From Candidatus Bathyarchaeia archaeon (GTDB taxonomy: Archaea > Thermoproteota > Bathyarchaeia > Bathyarchaeales > Bathycorpusculaceae), in NCBI GenBank assembly GCA_050012255.1, contig JBEKHN010000010.1, forward strand, positions 22,579 through 86,578: a stretch of 64,000 nucleotides of DNA. Reading direction: 5' to 3'. Positions 19,843 to 30,135 of the stretch are shown here, piece after piece; position 1 is the stretch's first letter, and every line of letters starts with the position of its first letter. Under the pieces are notes generated by a model, which saw only the letters and a list, made by a program, of their open reading frames with translations, searched no databases and was not told the origin of the DNA. The position numbers were made by a program, and so were the translations under genes.

Positions 19843-20757
19843 GTGACTTTGATGAGCGAATCTGAAAAGGAAGCTCTTGAAAAGCTTCGCCAGTCAGGGA
19901 AGATTCTGCGCGAGACACGAGAAGAAATGAAAAATTATGTACGTGAGGGCATGCCGATCATCGACATCTGCGAGAAAGCGGAGGGCCTGATAAGGCAGAA
20001 GGGAGCAAAACCAGCGTTTCCATGTAACGTCTCCGTGAATGAGGTTGCTGCACATTACACGTCTCCACCGAATGACAAAAGAAGAATCCCCGAGAACTCC
20101 TTAGTCAAGGTGGACATCGGCGCCCACATCGACGGCTACCTTACTGACACCGCAGTTACGGTTTGTTTTGACCCCGAACACGAAAGCCTAGTAGAAACGG
20201 CAGAACGTGCCTTGAAGACTGCCGTCGAAAACATTCAGCCAGGAATGTCCACGGGAAAGCTTGGGACAATGATAGAAGGTGTAATCAAGTCTCGCGGTTT
20301 CAAACCCATCTCTAACTTGACGGGTCATCAGGTCGGCAGGTACGTCGTGCACACTGGCACGTCGCTGCCAAACGTTTCACAGCTTTTTTCAACAAAAATC
20401 AAGTTAGGCGGCGTTTATGCTATCGAACCTTTCGTAACTGTTCCAAACGCTGCGGGCAGGGTTGAAAACGGTGACGAAGCCACGATTTTCCGTTTTCTCA
20501 GGTCGAGGTCTACGAAAAACCCACACGCGAGAGAACTTCAAAAATACATTGAGGACAACTTTAGAACTTTACCCTTTGCGGAACGCTGGCTGCAGAATGT
20601 CGTGCCCCAACAACATTACAGAGGAGCCTTCGATGAACTGCTGGCATCGAAGACCTTGATGAAGTATCCAATTTTCGTCGAGGCGAGCGGAAAAACAGTT
20701 GCCCAAGCAGAGCACACTGTTTTGACCGTTGCGGACGGCTGTTCCGTGTTAACCTAG
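19843..20757 (+). CDS. map: Methionine aminopeptidase type II
   Basis: AAHY, DIGAHIDGYLTDTA, NLTGH, AIEPF, AQAEHT. Confidence 0.97.
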   Translation: MTLMSESEKEALEKLRQSGKILRETREEMKNYVREGMPIIDICEKAEGLIRQKGAKPAFPCNVSVNEVAAHYTSPPNDKRRIPENSLVKVDIGAHIDGYLTDTAVTVCFDPEHESLVETAERALKTAVENIQPGMSTGKLGTMIEGVIKSRGFKPISNLTGHQVGRYVVHTGTSLPNVSQLFSTKIKLGGVYAIEPFVTVPNAAGRVENGDEATIFRFLRSRSTKNPHARELQKYIEDNFRTLPFAERWLQNVVPQQHYRGAFDELLASKTLMKYPIFVEASGKTVAQAEHTVLTVADGCSVLT

Positions 20758-21167
20758 AAAGATATTTTTTCTTTCTCTTTCTCCTTGACTTCCCTGTAGA
20801 TCGCTGTTATCAGCATCTTTTCATTGCATTTTTGGCACGGTTCGCCTTCTTTGAAAATGTAGTCTCCTCGCTGGAACTCTCTGACGTTCTTGAAGCCACA
20901 TTTCTTGCATTCTATGGTGGTCGTCACGGGGGCAGGCACCATCTTTAGCTTTGAAAGTCGTCTCCGCGTCTGGAACAAAACGTACGTGGACAACGCTACT
21001 CCCACGAATCCCATTATCAGGAAGATCGATGCAGTTTCATAATCTTGATCAAGAATGCTGAGCGCGTATATGAGGGCTACGAACGAGAGTGCGAGGGCTA
21101 AGAACACGGCTATTATCACGGAGGACGATATTCGGGGTGTTGGGCCTGATGCTTGGGTTTCAGTCAT
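20754..21167 (-). CDS. Membrane protein with C-terminal zinc ribbon
   Basis: 2 TMs; CKKC...RGDYIFK...CQKC. Confidence 0.85.
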   Translation of the reverse strand: MTETQASGPTPRISSSVIIAVFLALALSFVALIYALSILDQDYETASIFLIMGFVGVALSTYVLFQTRRRLSKLKMVPAPVTTTIECKKCGFKNVREFQRGDYIFKEGEPCQKCNEKMLITAIYREVKEKEKEKISF

Positions 21168-21179
21168 TTCGTTTGTCTC

Positions 21180-22325
21180 CTACTGTCCGATTCCGATGCT
21201 GTTCCCCACGCCGGCGATTACTATTTTGTCTCCTTCCTTCGTCCTCTCTAACACGACCGCTTTTATCCTTTCTATGACGCCGTCGATCGAGTCGAAAACT
21301 TCTTTGCGCAGGGGTGAAACAGCGTCTCCTATGTCTTCCTTTATTACGATGGCGTTTACGGGAATGTGATATTTCAGAATCGCATCCTCGATCTTGTACT
21401 GGTCAACTCCTGGGCCTCCGATAGCCGCACCAACACCTTCAGCCAACTCGCCCAATCCCTCTCCTTCAAGCTTCAGAGCAGCATCGATCATGACGACCAT
21501 GGCAATCTTCCCCTCGTTTTCGTCGATGACTGCTTTTACCGCGTCTCCCGGTTTGCCCACGTTTCCTCCTGGCCCTTCAGCCTTTATGACGAAGGCTGTT
21601 CGTCCTTCGAAGGGAACGGATGCGACAACGCAGTCCTTGGCTATTTTCCTCGTCTCAAGTCCATGCATGAGCTTTGCCGCGACCAGTGCGCCAGCACCGT
21701 CACCTATTGGCTGGCCGTACGCGAAGGCTTTTAACGCGCTTGCGTAGGCCTCTGCCTCTTTCATAATCATCGGCAGGATCATCTGTATCTGCATTATGAC
21801 GTACAGGCTGAGTGTTTTCTTGCCCAGCAGGTAGAAGTGCCTTATCACTTTGTAAATGAAATTGAGGGCCATCGCTGCCTCAAGGGTGTTCTCCAGGTTG
21901 TTTGCCTGGGTTTCGTCTGCAGACGGAGCCATGAACTTGACCTCATCCTTAAAGCGCGTGTCCCTTACATCCAGTATGTGCTCAAGCTTCCAAACTATGC
22001 CCGCAGGGTCAAGAGACTGAGGAGATATCGTGAAATATTCCAGGAACCTGTCAACCCTTACCGTTGGATCCGTCTGCGGCTTTCCAATCTCTTTTATCGT
22101 TTCTATAGTTATCTTGCGTCCCTCTTCCTTTATGTACTTCAGTTTGTAGAGTGACCCCTCTACTTCCCTGATCATCACGTACGTCTGAAGTCTCTGCCCA
22201 TAGAAAATGAAGACAATGAAAACGACATAGAAGAGCACGTTCAGAATCCAAGTTACACTGGTATCGCCAAACTGTGCTTGGATGATCCGGCTGTGTAAGC
22301 CTAGTATTGCCGCCGTTATGCTCAC
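21180..22325 (-). CDS. DUF1512 family protein
   Basis: PIGDGAG, KAEGPGG, IDAALKLEGE, GVGAAIGG, GVGNSIGI; GTG start after GGTGAG. Confidence 0.88.
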   Translation of the reverse strand: MSITAAILGLHSRIIQAQFGDTSVTWILNVLFYVVFIVFIFYGQRLQTYVMIREVEGSLYKLKYIKEEGRKITIETIKEIGKPQTDPTVRVDRFLEYFTISPQSLDPAGIVWKLEHILDVRDTRFKDEVKFMAPSADETQANNLENTLEAAMALNFIYKVIRHFYLLGKKTLSLYVIMQIQMILPMIMKEAEAYASALKAFAYGQPIGDGAGALVAAKLMHGLETRKIAKDCVVASVPFEGRTAFVIKAEGPGGNVGKPGDAVKAVIDENEGKIAMVVMIDAALKLEGEGLGELAEGVGAAIGGPGVDQYKIEDAILKYHIPVNAIVIKEDIGDAVSPLRKEVFDSIDGVIERIKAVVLERTKEGDKIVIAGVGNSIGIGQ

Positions 22326-22408
22326 GAACTCACCTTCGCAACACACTATAGATGCTCAGTTATAAGTTTTGGGTAATTCTCCTCCAAATTCACGGACTAT
22401 TTTGAAGT

Positions 22409-22534
22409 GGGGTTACCAGCTTTTCCGGGTTCACATGGCCGAAGACCAAATTACAGCCGGAAACGGAGCGTGGTTTAACTTCTGAGTTCGGTATGGGATC
22501 AGGTGGGACCCGCGCCCTATGACCGGCAAACCCC
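22409..22534 (-). rRNA. rrf: 5S rRNA (unlinked)
   Basis: Minus strand reads GGTCATAG...CACCTGATCCCATACCGAACTCAGAAGTTAA; GGGGTT/AACCCC terminal helix. Confidence 0.95.
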
Positions 22535-22640
22535 AAACTAGACGACAGACCTGTGCTCATAAGCTTATCGCTCTAGGCTGATGTGTCCTCTCGAATCTCT
22601 GGCATGTGCACAGATTCTGTTTCTGACGCAATAATGCATA

Positions 22641-22648
22641 TATTTAAA
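22641..22648 (+). promoter_or_regulatory. TATA box of tRNA-Trp
   Basis: TATTTAAA ~30-37 nt before tRNA G1. Confidence 0.6.
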
Positions 22649-22677
22649 ATCTGGCAAGTCGTTCTCAGTGTAGCCGT

Positions 22678-22849
22678 GGGGTCGTAGTCTAGGCAGGTAT
22701 GACGACGGGCTCCAGAAAGTAGCTAACGGGTTTGCGGACCTCAAAAGGGATGAAGAGGTTCTGGAGCTGTTAGAGAAACCCGTAGGAGCAGCGCCGAAAG
22801 CACTGTTTCCGGGGAAAGGTCGTCGGTTCAAATCCGGCCGGCCCCACCA
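22678..22849 (+). tRNA. trnW: tRNA-Trp(CCA) with two introns (37/38 at 22716-22777; variable region ~22784-22816) and encoded CCA
   Basis: Acceptor GGGGTCG/CGGCCCC, anticodon stem ACGGG/CCCGT around CT-CCA-G, T arm GTCGG-TTCAAAT-CCGGC. Confidence 0.93.
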
Positions 22850-22950
22850 AGACATTATTTTGCCAAAACAGACCATCTTGATGAATTTCCATGAAATTGC
22901 GCCTCAATTTACGCATTTGCAGTCTGTGCAGACAATTTGGAACGGTTTCA

Positions 22951-24003
22951 TTAGAGATCCATAGCGTCAACATAAACCATTCTCTGAGTGCTCAGAGCTT
23001 TATCTTTAAGGCTCTTTGCATAGATGTGATATGTAGTCCTTACCGGTCTGTATCTTGCGATCAAAGGAATCGCAGGGTTTAAAGGATCAAGAGGAAACAC
23101 AAGGAAATTGCATCCACAACTATAAGATAAACTGAGGCAATGCTTTATTAGTTCCCTGATAGGGTCCGCTTTTCCTGTGAAGGCAAAGTCTGTAACATAC
23201 ATTAACCTGAAGAATTCTCCAACTGAAGGCAACTTCATAGTTCTTGTGAATAGGTTGGCAAACCTTAGGATGTATGTTAGCATCTTCAGCCTTGCTGTGA
23301 CGCGAAGAACGCTTGCTCTGAGTATTCTAGAATAATCCCATAGTCCAGCGCAAGCAACGATTCGATTCTCAACTTCGACGACCTGTGTGCTCTGAAACCC
23401 ATAATCTGTCAGTTGTCTTGTCCTGTTGAGAAAGCTGTCTATGTTAAGTGGTACAAAGAAGTCATGGTTGCGGTAGTGATCATTTATCAAGTCCACAACG
23501 CTTAGCGTATCATCTGCATCCATTTTCCTAACCTTGCTAGCAGTCTGCTCTTGTCTCTTGTAGAGCGACACATTCAACAGCATGCAGTCATGAATATTCT
23601 GGAATCCCATTCGCTTAAACAGAGCAATAGAAGGATAGTTCTCTTCCATTATGTGTCCGTATGCAAGGTCCGCTTCATTTTCCTCAGCCATGACATGCTG
23701 AATGAGTCTTGAACCTATGCCTCTTGCACGAAAAGTTGGATGAACTCGCAAGTCATAAATGTAAACGCCTTTTGCAACCTCTTTGCCCATGTTGAATTCT
23801 TTAAGAGCAGCCCCTACCGTCCCTACAATTTCACCTTCCTCTTCTGCAACATAGACCCTATAGCTATCATAAACCCGTGACCTAAGGAAGAAATCGGGAC
23901 TTCGGTCGAATTGCAGGACTAAACTTGTGCCTTGCGGGCACATCTTTTCGAGATCCAGAAGTTCCGCATTGTCAGCATCGTCCGCTATTCTGATAGAAAC
24001 CAA
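22951..24003 (-). CDS. GNAT family N-acetyltransferase (tandem GNAT-like)
   Basis: LRVHPTFRARGIGSRL, NYPSIALFKRMGF; probable TTG start 24003. Confidence 0.88.
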   Translation of the reverse strand: MVSIRIADDADNAELLDLEKMCPQGTSLVLQFDRSPDFFLRSRVYDSYRVYVAEEEGEIVGTVGAALKEFNMGKEVAKGVYIYDLRVHPTFRARGIGSRLIQHVMAEENEADLAYGHIMEENYPSIALFKRMGFQNIHDCMLLNVSLYKRQEQTASKVRKMDADDTLSVVDLINDHYRNHDFFVPLNIDSFLNRTRQLTDYGFQSTQVVEVENRIVACAGLWDYSRILRASVLRVTARLKMLTYILRFANLFTRTMKLPSVGEFFRLMYVTDFAFTGKADPIRELIKHCLSLSYSCGCNFLVFPLDPLNPAIPLIARYRPVRTTYHIYAKSLKDKALSTQRMVYVDAMDL

Positions 24004-24162
24004 AGCGCATCCAACCGCAGCACTGATACCAGATATCCAATTCGTAAAATTTAAACGTAAGTCTAAACCTATACGGCCCCACCACTCAATTTTCATCGTA
24101 GCGGCAAGTTTCTGGCTCGTCTTGAGAAAATAGCTTGTCTAGGAGATATTGACTTTTTGCTC

Positions 24163-26631
24163 TCATTCCTTTTTCGGATTCGGTTTGAACAGCAGGAGCT
24201 TCGCAATTTCCCGCCAAACGATGGTGAGAAGAGCGAAGGCGAAGATCAAGCCAAGCTGACCGGCCGAGACTGTTGAAAGCTTGAGTTGGACACTTACGGA
24301 GGGAACGGCGACTGCTACGAGCAGGAAGGACACGGCGAGAAGTGCCCACAGGTCCATCACCTTGTTTGACAGGGGGCCTAGAATGTAGAGCGGTTCGTTT
24401 TCTGAACGTGTGACGAAGGCGAGGATTATGTGTCCCATCATCCAGGCCGAGAAGGCGAAAGTCTGTATTTCAAGGGGTGGAAGATTCTGCCAACGTGCGT
24501 AGAAGTATGCGAGCATCACAGCTGAGAAAAGGCTTGCCGCGGAGACTGCTAGGTCCTTTATCATTCTTGAATCAGGGAACTTTGCTCTGGGGTCTCTTGG
24601 TTTTCGGCTGTAAATCGTTTTTTCAGCGGGTTCCGTGACAAATCCGGCAGAGGCAGCGAGGTCCATGAAAAGTTCGAGGACGATTATCTGTATTGGGGCA
24701 AACGGTAAAGGTATGCCCAGAGCAAGGGGCAAAAGGAAGATGGAGATCAGTGCAGCTTTGATTGCTAGATAATACTTGAGTCCTTTTCTCAGGTTGTCAA
24801 AGAACGTGCGGCCTTCAAAGACCGCGTGCCCGATGCTTACAAAATTATCGTCAGTCAAAATGACATCTGCTGCTTCTTTAGCCGCGTCGGTGCCTTTCAC
24901 GCCCATCGCAATGCCGACGTCTGCTCCCTTGAGGGCCAATGTGTCGTTGACACCGTCGCCGGTGACTGCGACAACTTCGTTGTTTGCGTGCAGCGCCTTC
25001 ACGAGTCGATACTTGTCCTCGGGCGTGGTTCTTGCGAAAACGGATGTTTCCTTCACGACTTTCTGCAGATCCGCGTCGGAAAGCCTTTGAAGGTCTTCGC
25101 CAGTGAGCACGTTTTTTGAGGGGATGCTGACGCTAGTTGCGATGTACGCGGCTGTTTGCGGATAGTCACCAGTGACCATGATCGTCCTGATCCCCGCTCG
25201 GCTGATTGCCTCTATGGTTTCCTTGACACCTTGACGCGGGGGGTCTTCAATCGAGATCAACCCGACGAAGTCCCAGTTTCCCTCCAACTCTGAGAAGGGC
25301 AGGTCTGCTTCTTCAGTGGAGACGGCTTTTTCTGCAACGCCGATTACTCTTCTTCCTTTCGCTGCTTCCTCTTTCAGTTCTTCGTCAAGAAGTCCATCAC
25401 TGCCTTCAGAGTCAAGAATTTCCTCCGGTGCTCCAATCGTTGAAAGCATGAGACCACCGTTTCTCGCGCGGAGGACAGCTTTGGTTCGTTTGTTGATTTC
25501 AAAACCGCGTTCGCGACTAACGCTTCCGAAACTCTGTGCGATTCCGAGTTCGTCTGCTTTCTCAAGGACAGCCTTGTCAGTGGGGGACAGTGACATTTCG
25601 GTCAATGCCGCGGTTGCCGCACCAAGCGTTCTGGCTTCTTGTTTTCGCGGATAGACCTGAGCAACTCGCATCTTGTTCTCAGTGATCGTGCCTGTTTTAT
25701 CAGTGAGGATAACGGTTGCGTCCCCCAGAGTCTCGGCAGCTTTGAGTTTCTTGACTAGAAAACCTTTTTGTGAGAGTCTGTAGGAGCCCAATCCCAATAT
25801 CATGGTGATTATGATTGGCAGTTCCTCTGGGATGGCTGCAAAGGCAAGTGCCAGTCCGGTCAAGATTAAATCCTTGTCCTTAGCTAGGTCTTGGTACCCA
25901 AAGCGGACGACGCCGAGAACAGGGATGATTACACTGAAGAATATGGCAACGTACGCAAGCGTCTTCGAAAGCGACTTCATTGCCAATTGTAATGGTGTTT
26001 TCGGAGGCTTAATCGCCTGCGCCAAGGCCGAAATCTTGCCGAATCTACTGTTCTTGCCAGTAGCGTATGCTTCTCCTTTTCCTTCGCCAGAAAGTACCAG
26101 TGTTCCAGCATAAACTTCGTCCCCAACCCCCTTCTCGCTGGGAAAAGACTCACCCGTCAAAACGGACTCATCGACTTGAACGTCATATGCCACGTTAAGC
26201 TTACAGTCAGCTGCAATTCGAGTGCCATCGGTGAAGACCAAAAGGTCGCCAGGGACCACTTTCTCAGTTTCAACTTCAACTATCCTGCCATCTCGCACAA
26301 CCCTCGTTTTCGGAGCTGCAAGCTCAGAGAGTGCAGATATGGCCTTCTTGGCTCGATACTCGTTCCAGATTTCGACGAAAACCAACACGAAGATGATGCT
26401 GAAGATCGTCAGGGCGTCTTGAAGATTCGGCCACGTGAACGTCGTGTAGAGCACACCCACGACAAGTAGCAGCAGAATCATGGGTTCAACTACTTCTTCT
26501 TTAGCAATACCGAGGAAACTTATCCTCAGGGGTCTAACAAACTGGTTCGGCCCGACCTGTTCGAGCCTTCTTTGAGCTTCCGCCTCAGAAAGTCCCCTTG
26601 ACTCTCCACTCGAGCCTTCCATGCCCCGCAT
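24163..26631 (-). CDS. Cation-transporting P-type ATPase (type II-like)
   Basis: TGES, DKTGT, MVTGD, GDGVND. Confidence 0.95.
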   Translation of the reverse strand: MRGMEGSSGESRGLSEAEAQRRLEQVGPNQFVRPLRISFLGIAKEEVVEPMILLLLVVGVLYTTFTWPNLQDALTIFSIIFVLVFVEIWNEYRAKKAISALSELAAPKTRVVRDGRIVEVETEKVVPGDLLVFTDGTRIAADCKLNVAYDVQVDESVLTGESFPSEKGVGDEVYAGTLVLSGEGKGEAYATGKNSRFGKISALAQAIKPPKTPLQLAMKSLSKTLAYVAIFFSVIIPVLGVVRFGYQDLAKDKDLILTGLALAFAAIPEELPIIITMILGLGSYRLSQKGFLVKKLKAAETLGDATVILTDKTGTITENKMRVAQVYPRKQEARTLGAATAALTEMSLSPTDKAVLEKADELGIAQSFGSVSRERGFEINKRTKAVLRARNGGLMLSTIGAPEEILDSEGSDGLLDEELKEEAAKGRRVIGVAEKAVSTEEADLPFSELEGNWDFVGLISIEDPPRQGVKETIEAISRAGIRTIMVTGDYPQTAAYIATSVSIPSKNVLTGEDLQRLSDADLQKVVKETSVFARTTPEDKYRLVKALHANNEVVAVTGDGVNDTLALKGADVGIAMGVKGTDAAKEAADVILTDDNFVSIGHAVFEGRTFFDNLRKGLKYYLAIKAALISIFLLPLALGIPLPFAPIQIIVLELFMDLAASAGFVTEPAEKTIYSRKPRDPRAKFPDSRMIKDLAVSAASLFSAVMLAYFYARWQNLPPLEIQTFAFSAWMMGHIILAFVTRSENEPLYILGPLSNKVMDLWALLAVSFLLVAVAVPSVSVQLKLSTVSAGQLGLIFAFALLTIVWREIAKLLLFKPNPKKE

Positions 26632-26966
26632 TAAACCACTTCCAATCTTTAAGAGTTTTTGCCTGAAAGCATGTGATACACCGAAAGGAAGCTGACTCAG
26701 TCAAACAATGACGGAGGCCAGAACTGCAAGGTCAGAAGCGTCGTATTCGAAAGCCCACTCAAAGAAGACTAGGAAAAGCTGAAGACAAAGGAGACCGCGC
26801 TCTTCCAAATGAGCTGGCATGCTCTACGCTTTGCTTTCCAATCGTTCATACCCGAAAACAAAAAGAAGCAGTAGTCCACCCACAATGCAAATAAGCAGTA
26901 AAGACGGGCTGTTTAAAGCAGGACTTCGAAGTAACGTGTGGCGCGGCACCAAACCCTCCCTCCTGC

Positions 26967-27659
26967 TCAGACGTCGGTTTTCCTTTTGATAACTTTGCAG
27001 AAAATGCTGGATTCGTCTCCTTCAATGATGGACGCCTTCACTCCAAACTCATTGAAAAGCTCAATAAATTGGTCTCCGCTGACTGTGGTGGCTGTGAACC
27101 CATCCTTGCACACTATGGTTCCCCAGCGCGTCGCCTCTTCATCAATTTCCCCAAGAAGACCTAGCTGGGACTGCTTTCTAAACCAGTCGAGACGCTCCTG
27201 CCATATCTTGGGCGAGTAGCTGGAAAACAGGATTAGCCCATCGTCTTTCGTTACCCTTATGGATTCTGCAATGAGGTGCTTCCTGTCCACTCCAAATGCA
27301 GAAATCCCGTTCTGGATACAGAATACAGCATCGAAGACGCAGGGGGAGAAAGCCATGTTAGATGCATCCATCTGAACTATTCTATGGTTTCCGCAAGGTT
27401 TCATGTATGAGTTCGCAAGCTCCAGACTTGCCCGCGAAATGTCAACGCCAACAATCATGGAAACGAAGGGAGACACTGCTCTCATAACTCTTCCATAACC
27501 GCATCCAAGTTCGAGAACCAGATTTGCGTCACGAACATTGGAAATAACGAATTGGATTTCCGCCTCAAGATACTGCTTGATCCTGGGAGTGGCCACTTCG
27601 TAACATTTGAGCAATTTGCTGGCAGAAAGCTTGTCTTTGTAGTATGTGCCTCTGCGCAT
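26967..27659 (-). CDS. Class I SAM-dependent methyltransferase
   Basis: VLELGCGYG, GVDIS. Confidence 0.9.
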   Translation of the reverse strand: MRRGTYYKDKLSASKLLKCYEVATPRIKQYLEAEIQFVISNVRDANLVLELGCGYGRVMRAVSPFVSMIVGVDISRASLELANSYMKPCGNHRIVQMDASNMAFSPCVFDAVFCIQNGISAFGVDRKHLIAESIRVTKDDGLILFSSYSPKIWQERLDWFRKQSQLGLLGEIDEEATRWGTIVCKDGFTATTVSGDQFIELFNEFGVKASIIEGDESSIFCKVIKRKTDV

Positions 27660-27865
27660 AAAACAAACTGAGGTTCTGGCCTTAAATCTGTTTCATGTTC
27701 CCAACAGGTGTCATCAGGCAATCTTCAGCCTTAACCCTGTGCTGGACCAGTTGATGAGCAAATGCTAAGAGCGAAAATGTGAAAAGGTGAAAAGGCAGGA
27801 GCTAAATAGCAGCCATGGCAAGAAGCAAGAAGATGAACTGAATGTCAGGACCAGCGGGAACAGTA

Positions 27866-28615
27866 ATGAATGTCGCGGTACTGTTTGATCTGGAGGATAC
27901 ACTGGTTAAGACTCCATGGTCAGTTCGTAAGCACGTGTTGGAATTCAGGCGTGATACGAGACGGAAGCTCATTGACCTTGGAATTCCAAAAACCGTCCTT
28001 GAAGGAACAAGACGCGCTACCCTCATGCGTAACATTGCATCGGAATACGTTCAACAGCATTTTAGTGAAGAGAAGACCAGAATATACCGGCGAGAAATGG
28101 AGATATTTCTAAACCATTACGAACTGGATTCAGCAAAGAAGTCAAGGCTTTTCCCCGAGACCATTTCCACACTGCAAACACTTAGAGAACTTGGAGCGAA
28201 AATAGGGCTGGTCACTAATACTTCGAGACGGGCGGTGGACGTTGTCTTTGAAATTCATGGTTTGAAAGAATATTTCGATGTTGTAGTAACAAGGGAAGAT
28301 GTTTCAAAGTTAAAGCCTCATCCTGAAGGCGTTCTGCTGGCCATAAGAAAACTCAGCGTCGGGCGCTTTCTTGTCGTGGGCGACTTGGTGCTTGACGTGT
28401 TGGCTGCCAAGGATGCAGATGGAGTAGCGATAATTGTTGCAAGAGACCTTGAGAAATCAGATTCCCAAGATCTCTTTAGGAGCCTACCGGAGATTCTGAA
28501 GGAAAACAAGCGAGCTCGCGGAGAGGGAGGAGCCTTTCAGGCGGACTATGTTATTAAGTCCTTGCGTGAGGTTCCAGTAATCTTTCGAGCGGAAGAAAGA
28601 AAAGACCGATGCTGA
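27866..28615 (+). CDS. HAD-superfamily hydrolase
   Basis: FDLEDTL, LVTN, KPHP, VGDLVLD. Confidence 0.88.
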   Translation: MNVAVLFDLEDTLVKTPWSVRKHVLEFRRDTRRKLIDLGIPKTVLEGTRRATLMRNIASEYVQQHFSEEKTRIYRREMEIFLNHYELDSAKKSRLFPETISTLQTLRELGAKIGLVTNTSRRAVDVVFEIHGLKEYFDVVVTREDVSKLKPHPEGVLLAIRKLSVGRFLVVGDLVLDVLAAKDADGVAIIVARDLEKSDSQDLFRSLPEILKENKRARGEGGAFQADYVIKSLREVPVIFRAEERKDRC

Positions 28616-28732
28616 TCGTGGAGGGGGAACGGCTCGTGAAAGCTTTGGCAACTGACTGGATTTGCTGTTCGAGGAGCATCTTAAGCTTTTTATTCCAAGA
28701 CTTTCCAAGTTGTTCATGTTGAGGGAAATGTT

Positions 28733-28972
28733 TTGAAGGCCTACATTCTCATGAACACGGAAGCCAGTGAACTGTGGAGTGTTGCCGAAGCGGCGCTTAG
28801 AATTGAGGGTGTCAAGACGGCGGACGCAGTGACAGGACAGTTCGACGCAATAGCCTTGGTGGATTTTCCCAAGATGGATGATTTGGGAAGAATGATTGAG
28901 AAAATCCAGTGCCTGAAAGGCGTGATCCGAACACAGTCTCTGATAGCCATTCCGCCTCCTGTGAGAGAATAG
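28733..28972 (+). CDS. Stand-alone Lrp/AsnC ligand-binding (RAM) domain protein
   Basis: KAYILM...VTGQFDAI...GVIRTQSLI. Confidence 0.88.
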   Translation: MKAYILMNTEASELWSVAEAALRIEGVKTADAVTGQFDAIALVDFPKMDDLGRMIEKIQCLKGVIRTQSLIAIPPPVRE

Positions 28973-29002
28973 ACAAAGACAAAGAGTGCAGCAAGTTGCG
29001 TA

Positions 29003-29186
29003 GCGCGCATGCGTGTTCCTAAAATGGTCTAAAATGGTTTTAATTCCGTTTTGCACATTTCTGCCAGTGCTCAAGAAGACAGTTGCTCAAAGAAATCAAG
29101 AACAGATACGAAGCCCAAAACCTTCCTTAAATCATGGAAGGCGAATAAAAACCATTTTAGGCCAATTTCGGAACAAGCATGCGCGC
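29003..29186. mobile_element. MITE-like element, 184 bp, ~44-bp imperfect terminal inverted repeats
   Basis: Left GCGCGCATGCGTGTTCCTAAAATGGTCTAAAATGGTTTT vs reverse complement of right GCGCGCATGCTTGTTCCGAAATTGGCCTAAAATGGTTTT. Confidence 0.85.
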
Positions 29187-29310
29187 GTCCGCCAAAAGTC
29201 AAACGCCGATATTGAGTCGGGATGCTGAGGGCTCTTCAGAAAAATAGTCTTTCGCGGAATTTCTTTGCGATGTGTTTGGAGTCACAATTTAGAAAATCTT
29301 CTTGCTCCGT

Positions 29311-30135
29311 CTATGGTGGAGGAGGCGATGGTGGAGGCATGCTGATCCTTGGATGAGTTCGCGGGTCTGGCAGAGGCTCAAAGAAGTTCTGAAAGTTGAA
29401 ATGACCGCCTAGCAGGTCCCTCAAGATCGTGGCGAACGGAAGAAAAACGATGATCAGGTTCATTAAAAGTACCCCAACCCCGATTGACGGTGCGAGTCCC
29501 ACAGAAAGGGCATTCCAGGTCATGTGAGCGATTAGCCCTAGAAACAAGAACAGTACTCCCAGTCCAAGAAGTACTCCTTCATCAGATGATTTTTTGGCTA
29601 AGAGAACGAAGATTCCCATTCCGACGAAGGCTGACCAAAGCGGATGCATGAACGGTTCCACCATCAATCTGGCCAACAAGGCGTCCGTGCTTGCGCCGCC
29701 AACTGCGTACACAACAGTTTCAGCGATTGCGAACCCCAGTCCAGCTGAGGCTCCTACGGCCGCTGCCCACCGACGATTTGGAATCGTTTTCCACATAAGT
29801 AGAACCACAATCAATACGCTTAAGGCTTTGAAAGGCTCTTCAGTGAGAGGCGCAACGATCACTAATGGAACCCAATCACCTGCTTGCAGACCATATGCAA
29901 GTTGCACGATTAAGGATAGCACAATGCTGAGTGTGGCCCCGAGGAATAGAGCCACGATTAGACCTTTTCTCGGACTTCTGCCCATTGACAATTGAAGATT
30001 CTGTTCAAGAGTGGCTAGGCGGGCTCTTATGCCCAAGAAGAAACGGGTTTCAGGTCCGTGAAAACCCCTCATTGCTGGGATATCTTCGGGAGGTGGTGGA
30101 GGTGGGTAGGACTGTTCGGTCATGTTTTTCGCCAC
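29311..30135 (-). CDS. PrsW-family intramembrane protease
   Basis: APLTEEPFK, GLGFAIAE, HPLWS, HMTWN; polyproline termini. Confidence 0.88.
   Translation of the reverse strand: MAKNMTEQSYPPPPPPEDIPAMRGFHGPETRFFLGIRARLATLEQNLQLSMGRSPRKGLIVALFLGATLSIVLSLIVQLAYGLQAGDWVPLVIVAPLTEEPFKALSVLIVVLLMWKTIPNRRWAAAVGASAGLGFAIAETVVYAVGGASTDALLARLMVEPFMHPLWSAFVGMGIFVLLAKKSSDEGVLLGLGVLFLFLGLIAHMTWNALSVGLAPSIGVGVLLMNLIIVFLPFATILRDLLGGHFNFQNFFEPLPDPRTHPRISMPPPSPPPP

Noticed and set aside
26824-26910. Short hydrophobic minus-strand peptide (PSLLLICIVGGLLLLFVFGYERLESKA*)
   Set aside because: No start or family assignable; at most a gene remnant
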